Assembly (NCBI GenBank): GCA_030770535.1
Contig: JASVEC010000122.1
Span: 1 to 46,649 of the forward strand
From: Batkoa obscura
Taxonomy: Eukaryota
Direction of reading: 5' to 3'
Length of the DNA stretch: 46,649 nucleotides
Shown here: positions 37,865 to 46,649 of the stretch, piece after piece
Position numbering within the stretch: position 1 is the stretch's first letter
How the letters are laid out: every line of letters begins with the position of its first letter
The notes under the pieces: model-generated
Told to the model about the DNA's origin: nothing
Database searches by the model: none
The model's input: only the letters and a program-made list of their open reading frames with translations
Made by a program: the position numbers and the translations under genes

Positions 37865-39265
37865 ATGAACCGACTTTTATTGAATAGTATTAGACATCAA
37901 AAGAATTTGTTTTTAAAGACTAACATCACTCGAAGTTTTCATTCTTTTCATCAACCTTTATTTATTGAAAAGGATTCAAATAAGGATAATAAAGATGGCG
38001 AAAAGGATGTTCATTCCAATGAAGAAAAACCAGTGGAAACGGGATTTAAACCACCATCTCTAAATTTTGATAGCACCAGTCGATTTTTAAATACAGAAGA
38101 AAATGAGAGTAAAACATCAGATGGAACTCCAAAAAGTGGAAAAAGTAATTTAGCCGATATATTACAACAAAATGAAGAATTAGAAACTGGAAGTATCAAA
38201 ACATATCGAGAGAAGTCCAAATTAACTGAAGAAAAAAAAGAAAGAAATATCGCCTCTAATGTAATTTTCACTCTCTGTTTATTAGGTATTAGTTATTATA
38301 TTGGAGATAATTTATTTTCCGAATATACGCAAGAAGAATTAGAGAAATATAAAAATTATACTAAAGAAGATTCATTTTCAACTCGTGGCTATAACCGTAT
38401 GTTAAGTATCAAAGATTTTTTTTTAAAACCAAAACACACTATATTATTACCTCCAATCTCTCAAGATCCTAATGAACCTGATCCAATGACTATTTGTTTA
38501 GAATTAGATGAAACATTAATTAAAATTACATGGGATAAAGAAAGAGGCTTTGTAGCATTAAAAAGACCAGGGTTTGATCGATTTATTGGTATAATGAATA
38601 GTTTATTTGAAGTAGTTATATTTACTCAAATGAGTTCATTTAATAGCGAAACAGTATTATCTAAAATTGATCCTTATGGATTATTATTAAGATATCGATT
38701 AACAAAAGAGCATACTAGTTTAATTAAGGGTAAAATAGTTAAAGATTTAGATTTGTTAGGTAGAGATTTAAACAAAGTAATTGTATTTGATTCCTATCCA
38801 GATCATTGTACTTTACATCCAGATAATTTATTAAAAGTACCAGCATGGGATGGCAATCCAAACGATACCTATTTGTTAGATATCTTACCCTTTTTAGAAA
38901 CACTAGCTATGACAAATCCAAAAGATGTTCGAGTGGTATTAAATAAATATATGAATAAAGACATACCCAAAGTATTGTATGAAATGGAATTAAAGCAGCG
39001 AATGGAATTAAAAGAAAAACAAAAAGGTGGGTTAAGATATTGGATTGGTATGGAAAGTGAAAATTTGCCCTTGACTCCTATGATGTTAAGAAGAGTGGAC
39101 TTTGAAAAAAATTTTGATAAGGAATTTTTTAAACGATTAGAAGCCATGAAAAAAGAAGTAGAAGCAGAAATGAAACAGCATAAAGAAGAAATGGCCAAAA
39201 ATAAATTGACGGTTTGGGAAGGAATGAATCGCACCATGTTTAATAATGGTGAACAACAAAAATAA
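37865..39265 (+). CDS. TIM50: Mitochondrial import inner membrane translocase subunit Tim50
   Basis: Presequence, single TM, LLPP, then an NIF/FCP1-like domain (TICLELDETL, KRPGFDRF, KDLDLLGRDLNKVIV). Confidence 0.9.
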   Translation: MNRLLLNSIRHQKNLFLKTNITRSFHSFHQPLFIEKDSNKDNKDGEKDVHSNEEKPVETGFKPPSLNFDSTSRFLNTEENESKTSDGTPKSGKSNLADILQQNEELETGSIKTYREKSKLTEEKKERNIASNVIFTLCLLGISYYIGDNLFSEYTQEELEKYKNYTKEDSFSTRGYNRMLSIKDFFLKPKHTILLPPISQDPNEPDPMTICLELDETLIKITWDKERGFVALKRPGFDRFIGIMNSLFEVVIFTQMSSFNSETVLSKIDPYGLLLRYRLTKEHTSLIKGKIVKDLDLLGRDLNKVIVFDSYPDHCTLHPDNLLKVPAWDGNPNDTYLLDILPFLETLAMTNPKDVRVVLNKYMNKDIPKVLYEMELKQRMELKEKQKGGLRYWIGMESENLPLTPMMLRRVDFEKNFDKEFFKRLEAMKKEVEAEMKQHKEEMAKNKLTVWEGMNRTMFNNGEQQK

Positions 39266-39364
39266 ACAAAAATAATAAAGAATAAAAGATTTATTATGGA
39301 TTTATATTAATTGAAAGTCAATTGTTGATATTATATTTTTTTATACATATTTTTATTTGTTTGA

Positions 39365-40048
39365 TCAACTTCGTGAATAATTATTCCCTGGTGTATCAGG
39401 ACTAAATAAGGTAGTTGGTGTAGTTGGATATGTAAAGTTAGTTCGTCCAGATAAGATTTGATAATTACTATCTTTTGTATTATTATTATTTCTATATAAA
39501 ATAGTAAAATTAACATTTATGAATTTTGATTATGATTATAATTAGAAACTTACCTTAATTTTAAATAGTCAATAACGGATTGAGTGATACACATAGATAA
39601 TACCTAGAACAAGAGATTGGGGTTTAAATTAATAATAATACAGAAAATAAAAACTTACCACTGAAATAAATAATAATATAGAATAACTCATAATGATTAA
39701 CATAATGGAATATCTTAATGTTAAAGCAAGTAAAAATAATCCATTCTTCTTTAGAATTGATAACTTATCTCCACTTAAACTAAAAAATAATATTTATGGT
39801 AAGCATTCTATTATAATATTAGTAGGACAGTTGAGCTTACTTTTGACTTAATAATTCTGTTTGATAATTCAAGCTTCTTTCAATTATACAGATAACGCAA
39901 GTTGATATGATGGCTAATATCCATTGAAGTGGTGATTCAATTAAAAATTGATTAAAAAGTAATATATCGTTTGCTAGTTATAAAGGGAATAATAAATTAG
40001 TAAATTTGAATTGTAATTAAAGATTCTGTTAAGTTTACTTTGCATCAT
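39365..40048 (-). CDS. Ctr-family copper transporter (not in the ORF track)
   Basis: Five exons: MMQ/TNDILLFNQFLIESPLQWILAIISTCVICIIERSL.../...LRYSIMLIIMSYSILLFISV/VLSMCITQ.../...NYSRS*. TM2 carries the MxxxM motif (MLIIM). Confidence 0.65.
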
Positions 40049-40778
40049 ATTTATAATAGTTTATTTGTTTTAAATTCAATTATACAATAAAAGTTTAAAA
40101 GAGTTAAGGATATTGGAATCTGAAATTGGATTAATTTAATTGATTTAATACCCCAGAATAAAAAATCAATTAAATTTATTATTGGAAATTTTATTAATAA
40201 AAATTGATGTAGAGAATTTCTAGCTAATTGATTTCGATTATCAATTCGATTTAAACAAAGATTAGATCTTTCAGTTTCGTATTTTTAGGATTTAATTGTA
40301 AACACTTTTTCGATTTTTATATTGAATAAACATCAATTTTAAAATGCCCAATCCATGTTTAAATTGAATTAAAAGCAATGGAACATTATGAGTCGAAATT
40401 TCTTAGTGACATCTTCAACCACGAATCAAAACTAAAAGACATAATAAATGGTTTGTTACTGAAGTATATAATAAACTAATCATTGGTTCAAAGCTGTTCT
40501 ATAACAGTATAATGCTATTTAAATTGTAAATTCCAGGTATTTTTTTCCTCATGACATAAATTTTTATTATAAAGTTCCTCCCTATTTTTTAATGATTTTA
40601 AAATAGCCAATTTTTTCCAAGCTGCTAAGTCAGTTTAAGACTCGAAGAATTTTTCTTCAACTGGATTGAACAAAAAGAACCTAAGTTTAAACAATTAAAA
40701 AATATAGCTTACCTCATCCAAAACTAAGAGTTGGAATTTTTTTATCAATTTATCTAAACAGAAGGAATAAAAATAAAA

Positions 40779-42677
40779 ATGGAAGATAATAATTCAAACA
40801 AGGAAATCGAAGTTTTATTTCGTCAATTAAATATCACTAGCATAAAGGAAATCAATGATGATAATCAATGTCTATTATCTACATTTAATATTGATTCAGA
40901 AATTAATTTAATTTTGGAAATTTGGTAAATAGTTATTTTTACTATTAGTAAACAACAAGATGGCTAATAGATTGATATAGTAATAAATATTTGAACTATT
41001 TGTATAAAGAAAAAGATGAAATTAACTATGAACCATTTTTAAAATATATTTATACTATGAGTAAAAAGATTAAAAATAATGAGAATGTAGTTATTAATGA
41101 AGAAAATGGTAAATAAATTAAGAATGATTTATGATAAAATTAAATAACATTAAAATTAATTTAGTATTATTATTCTGTAAATTGGTATCGGATTTAACTA
41201 CATTAAAACATTTGAAAGTTAAAGTAAGTTTCTATTATTTTAATTAAAATTGTATTTATTATATAGAAATTATTTGTTGGTAAAATATTGTTAGAAATAT
41301 TAAAAAGGGTACCAATGAAATTTAATTTAACTGTATATCATCCAAAAACACTTAAAGTAAGTTAATTCAAATTATTGTAATTTATAATAATAATATTATT
41401 ATTACTAGTTATTTTACGAAGAAAAAATGGATCATTTAACATTACCAATTTGTAATTTATTAATTAATAGTAATGGAATTGAGGTAGTAATAATAAGAAT
41501 ATATATAAAATATAATATAATATAATATTAATATAATATAGGATAGTACCTTTAAAATTCGAGATTATATGAAATATTATTATTATTCAAGTTTAATATT
41601 AATTCGAAATGGAAAGTATTTTAAAGCATTTGAAGCTGTTCAGAAAGTAAATTTTAAATTCGTGTTTAATAATACTTATAATAATGTTTAACAATTATTG
41701 TATCAATTAGTTATTAATTTTACCTGAAAAATATGCCAAAATGAATAAAAATAATGAATACATTACCCTTGGAGTCAAAATATATATAGTATTACAATTG
41801 CTATTTCAAGGAGAGAAAGTAAGTTTAACAATATTATGTTGATAAACCTATTAATAAAAATACAGATACCTCCAGTTAAATCAGAAGCAATCAAAACATA
41901 TTTGAAATCAAGACATGGTCAACTTAAAGAATATGAATATTTGAGAAATTTAATTAAATGTCAAGATGTTGCTGGTCTATCTATTTGGTTAGATATTAAT
42001 AACGAATCTTTAATTAGGGTAAAAATATTATATAAAGTAATATAATATTATTATTAATATATACTTTCTATTATATTAGGATAATGTTAAAGACTTATGT
42101 GAAGTTATATTAATTTGTATAAAAAAGAAACATTTATTAAATTTAGCTAAAATTTATTGCTATGCTGATTTCGATCAACTATCAACTATGGTTTATTCAT
42201 TTTATGACTACAATCAAACCCCAGTTGAACATTTATTTTTAAATTTGGTAACTAATATTATAATAGTTTTAATAAATTAATATCATTGTACCTATAGATC
42301 TTTCAAAACAAATTAGAATGTAAAATAATTGATTATAAAATTGATGATACTGCTAATGTAATCACTGGAGATATTCAATTTGATCAAGTTGCTGCTACTG
42401 TATTTAATTTCTGGGATTTATTAAATAATTCTTTTGATGAATTAAATCAATTAAACTTGATGGCTTTAGATTTAAATCATCATTTAAATTTAGATTTATT
42501 AAATGATATTAAACTTTATAATAATAAAGAGGTAATAAAATATAATAATAATATAGTATATAATCTGATTATAAATACTAATACAATCTAATTAAATAGA
42601 CAACTATAAATGAAGAAGGAGAATTAACAAGTTCGAGATATTATGTACAAGATGAAAGGAGAATGTTTGATTATTGA
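40779..42677 (+). CDS. CSN3: PCI-domain protein, COP9 signalosome subunit 3-like (many small exons)
   Basis: YMKYYYYSSLILIRNGKYFKAF and DNVKDLCEVIL...KKHLLNLAKIY...D motifs resemble CSN3/Rpn3 PCI regions; not every exon phase was checked. Confidence 0.6.
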
Positions 42678-42695
42678 AAATTTATATTGTTTATT

Positions 42696-43851
42696 TTATT
42701 TTTTAAAATAAAGATTAAAGATCAATTTAGTATAATTTACTAGACTAGTATGCTCTAATAATATTTTCTTTAATAAATGAGATTTTGGAAATACTTGTAA
42801 TATTATATGAAAATAAGAAAATATTAAAGCATCTAATACATTAGGAACTCTATTTAAAATGTAATTAATATATAATAATTATAGTAAATAATAATTAATA
42901 ATTAATAAACTTACGATTGATTTGAAAAATATTCAGTAGTAGATTGAGATAATAATTGATTAATAACTTTAATAATAGTTTCAAATTGAAATAAAATTTG
43001 ACTATAATTGGTAGTAGTATTATAAAATAACTCATTGTTAACAATTTGATCAATTTTTTTACTACTTAATTGATATGCTATAATTTGATTTAATGGCCAA
43101 GAATAACCTTGAGTTATATAATTATATGTAATATTATTATAAATTTCATTATCAGCAAATAAAAAATAATCCTATAAATTAAAAGGTTAAAATGTTAATA
43201 ATAATTTGTTGTTATAATAATATAAATTTACTAATACAAATCTTAAATTTTGTTCAATTTGATAATAACTACTCTTTAATTGAAGATTATTTTCCTATAT
43301 TTTGAAAAAATAAATATCGTTAATTTATAACTACCAAATAACCCCTATAATCAACTTACAGTTAACTCTTTAGTAAACACTTGAATCAAATCACTATCTA
43401 CTAATACATCACCTTGAGGAGTAATTAAATAAGGAAGTTGATCTATTAAATAAATTAAATAAAAGAAAATCATATGTCAATCAACTTACTTGTTGGAGAT
43501 TGTAACTCTTTGTTAGTAAAATGGATATTCATTTTTTTATCTGAGTTATTGATTTTGTTTAATAACTAACATATAAATAATAAATTTTATCAATAAAATA
43601 AAAATAATAAACGATAATACCTGTATCATTAAAGAAAAAGGCATCATCGATAATTCATCATCTTTGCCATTTAAATGTAAATACAAGTTGTATTCTTCAC
43701 ATTGAACTTTTTCTTCTTCATCTCTATAAATAACAAGTGGAAATGTATCATTGATCTTTTTATTAATTAAATTTAAATATTCCATTAATTTGTTATCATT
43801 TTTGATTTCTATTTCGGGGTTTGGAGTAGTAGTTGGTTCAACTTGACTCAT
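42696..43851 (-). CDS. Metaxin/Sam35-like mitochondrial outer membrane protein (GST fold)
   Basis: N-terminal FPLVIY, SMMPFSLMIQ, SPTxQLPYL and C-terminal PNVLDALIFSY; no C-terminal TM anchor. Confidence 0.65.
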
Positions 43852-44046
43852 CTTTTGTTTTTTATAACGCTGTTTATTGTCAATAAATTTTAAAAAAAAT
43901 GAAGGATTACGAAATTAAATGAATCAAGTACTTAAAATTTTTATTTGATTTGATTGGCTCCATTTAGAATTAAAAGTCTAAGATAAAAAAAGGTGGAAGA
44001 AATTATCTACTCTATAGTAGAATACAACCTATACACTACAATATAA

Positions 44047-45138
44047 CTACTCATTGCCATTAACAAACTTCAAGGAACTTTTACCAAAAGCATGAAAATA
44101 ATCATTAATCAAATCCTTTTCTTCTGATTTTAACTTCCTACTACAAAGTATATTTAAAATTTGTTTTTCTTTATTACCAATAGGCTCAATAAACTTATTC
44201 CAAATCTTGTTTTCAAATTCTTCATGTTCTAAATCATTTAATCTCAAAGTACTACAAGGCGGAGGATAAAACCAACGATGATAAGAAGCAATTGATTTAG
44301 CTTTTAAAAAACTAATAGAATGAATAGCTACACTATTCATATCGGAAGTGATATGAGCTAAATCTGGATAGAAATGAGGATCTCTGTTCAAATTTTGTAA
44401 TAAAATAAATTGATTCTGTTTTATATAATTAAAGAATCCTATTTGTTGATAATAAAACTTTGTATCTAAAAATTTATTTAAATGTTGTAAATCATGTAAC
44501 ATAAATTCAATAGCTGTCAATTTGGAATATGGGGGATATTCCATTTTAAATTGTCGAGTTAATTCCAATTGTTGAAAAAATAAACTTACACACCTTCTAC
44601 CTTTACATTGGAGATTTAAAACTTCTTCTACTGAAGGTATATAATCATATATTTTTATTATATAGTTGTTATTGATAGAATATAAATTGTAAATTAATTG
44701 ATTGATATAATCTTCTATTTTATATAAGATAGAATATTTAAATAGATCTATTAAATCTATCTTTTCTATTGTTGGATCCTTTTTTCTAATTTTATTTTCG
44801 ATTTGTTTTAATACTGATTTTTCGTCATCTTCATCAAATAGTAATGATAATAAATTTAGCTTATTACCTTTATTATTATCTTTTATGTCTTTTATATCTT
44901 TTGTATCTTTTATATCTTTAAATAACTCAACAAACTGTTGTTCTGAATCTAAAACTTTAATACTACCAGTAAACCATTTTTTGGGAAATAAATATTGATT
45001 ATAATAAATTATATAACTCATTATTAACTCTAAGTTGTTTATTTGATTATTATCATAACACTGTTTGATTTTGCTTAATTTGTTATATAATTTGAGTAAC
45101 TCTTTTGAGTCTTCATCTTTGGTTGAATTTAGTGTCAT
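44047..45138 (-). CDS. Uncharacterised intronless 363-aa protein with HDxxH and SDMN motifs
   Basis: Long single ORF in an AT-rich background; motif-like blocks QCKGRRCVS, FMLHDLQHL, YQQIGFF and DLAHITSDMNS. Confidence 0.75.
   Translation of the reverse strand: MTLNSTKDEDSKELLKLYNKLSKIKQCYDNNQINNLELIMSYIIYYNQYLFPKKWFTGSIKVLDSEQQFVELFKDIKDTKDIKDIKDNNKGNKLNLLSLLFDEDDEKSVLKQIENKIRKKDPTIEKIDLIDLFKYSILYKIEDYINQLIYNLYSINNNYIIKIYDYIPSVEEVLNLQCKGRRCVSLFFQQLELTRQFKMEYPPYSKLTAIEFMLHDLQHLNKFLDTKFYYQQIGFFNYIKQNQFILLQNLNRDPHFYPDLAHITSDMNSVAIHSISFLKAKSIASYHRWFYPPPCSTLRLNDLEHEEFENKIWNKFIEPIGNKEKQILNILCSRKLKSEEKDLINDYFHAFGKSSLKFVNGNE
44877..44920 (-). repeat. 9-nt coding tandem repeat (KDI/KDT)x~5
   Basis: Encodes KDIKDTKDIKDIKD. 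Confidence 0.7.
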
Positions 45139-45625
45139 GATTTTGGAATTTAAAAAATTGTTGTAATTTTTTTGAGCTTTTATGTTTATCGTTGCAACTA
45201 TTTTGGTAAAAAGTCAGGATATAATAGATAACCTATTAAAATTATAAAATTGAATATGAATGAATTAGAGTTATACTACTAATGATTGGAAATCTATAAA
45301 GCAAAATCTCTATATAATAAATTTAAAAAATACAGTAATATCTTTTTTAACTATAGATTTTAGACCATTTTTTCAAATTTCAAAATTATTAGTAAAAATA
45401 TTGAAATAATAAATGATATTTAATATGGTATTTTTCCAATCAAAAAGAACCAACTAACTTTGACTGAAAACATAATGACAACTTCGTTTCAAACTTAAAA
45501 AATTCACTTAGTTTTCCACCAATGAAAAGCAGTTGTATCATTTACTCCAGCACAACGCTCTTAATTTAAAAGAAAAAGAAATTTTTATCAGTTTAACTTA
45601 CTAAAGACAATAAGAAAACAAAAGT

Positions 45626-46649
45626 ATGGAAGCTAGCGGTACCAATGAGACTATAAAAATCCATGTGAAGATGTCCGATGGACAAAAGGATACTTATGAC
45701 GTAAGTAGTGAAACTTTAATTGGGGATTTTAAACAAACTATTAGCGAAAAAATGGAGATTCCAAAAGAAAGGTTACGTTTGATTTTTGCTGGTAAAGTTT
45801 TAAAGGATGAGCAAAGTTTAAGTTCTTATAACTTGAAAAATGATAATACTATTCATCTAGTTAAAGGCGCAGCTACTACTAATAAAGCTGCTCCTCAAGG
45901 TAATCTTTTGATTTATTTTATTTAGATTTTGATTTAAATTCTTTCTTTTTAGCTCCAACAAATAATACTTCTACTACTCAAAATACAAATGCTCCAAATA
46001 CCACCACTGATTCAACTACTCAAAATAATACTCCATTTCCATTTGGTGGTCAAAACCCTGCCGATTTATTAAGTCAATTTAATTTACCACCTTTAGGAGG
46101 ACAAGGAGGTAATGGAACGAATGCTCAAGGTAATCCCTTCGGTAATTTAGGAGGTATGGGAAATATGGAAAATTTACAAAATAGTTTATTGAATGATCCA
46201 AATTCAATGAATTTTTTTACTTCTTTAATGTCTAATCCAGAAGTGGTACGTAGCGTGATGCAATTTAACCCACAGTTACAAAATATGGGTATGACACCTG
46301 AACAAATTAGTTCAATGATGTCAATGATGAATACCCCAGGTATGAGAGAAATGATGGCTTCCCCTCAAATGCGTGAAATGATGAGTGGTAATATGGGTGG
46401 TGCTATGGGTGGTGCTATGGGTGGTATGGGCAGTAATCCATTTGGCGCAAATACTGGCACAAATACTGGCACCAATGGAAACAATCCACCGTTAGGAAGT
46501 AATCCAAGGGTACCTAATTTATTCGAAGCATTTGGTGGAGCTAATAATTTATTTAATAACAATAATTCAACAAACACTACTGGAGACAGTGCCAACGCTG
46601 GTGGTGGTAGTCAACAACCACCAGAAGAGCGATTTCAAGTTCAACTTCA
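45626..46649 (+). CDS. DSK2: Ubiquilin/Dsk2 (UBL-STI1-UBA), 3' partial
   Basis: UBL (LRLIFAGKVLKD...TIHLV), intron 45900-45952, NP/M-rich STI1 region, and the start of the UBA domain PPEERFQVQL. Confidence 0.9.

Noticed and set aside
587..46595. Short overlapping or antisense ORFs (587, 3493, 3671, 6005, 8007, 23353, 26062, 38011, 38869, 39331, 46365)
   Set aside because: Shadows of real genes on the opposite strand or in another frame.

Overview
This is an extremely AT-rich, intron-rich eukaryotic window (GT-AG introns of roughly 45-130 nt). Gene content indicates a fungus; an early-diverging lineage such as Zoopagomycota/Entomophthorales is my inference. Genes in order: UDP-glycosyltransferase (two frameshifts), HCNGP/SAP30BP-like, OPT transporter, 3-methylcrotonyl-CoA carboxylase alpha, tRNA-Lys(UUU), Dcr2-like metallophosphoesterase, a small membrane protein, LOG phosphoribohydrolase, adenylate cyclase Cyr1, three homeobox loci, site-2 protease, Tim17 and Tim50 head-to-head, a Ctr copper transporter, CSN3-like, Sam35/metaxin-like, an intronless unknown protein, and Dsk2 (partial). 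There are three main observations. (1) A ~98-bp MITE family with GGGGATGT...ACATCCCC ends and 4-bp A-N-W-T target duplications occurs 11 times. Two copies interrupt a Sola2-like DDD transposase whose TIRs resemble the MITE ends, and removing them restores the reading frame exactly. A second decayed copy of the transposon lies next to it, just upstream of the tRNA. (2) The Cyr1 catalytic domain lacks the conserved Asn/Arg pair (VKRSDS instead of VNxxxR), so it is a candidate C1-like pseudo-cyclase. (3) An unannotated inverted homeobox pseudogene completes a three-member cluster whose intact members carry eh1-like motifs. Several single-base indels in short homopolymers suggest either assembly error or gene decay.
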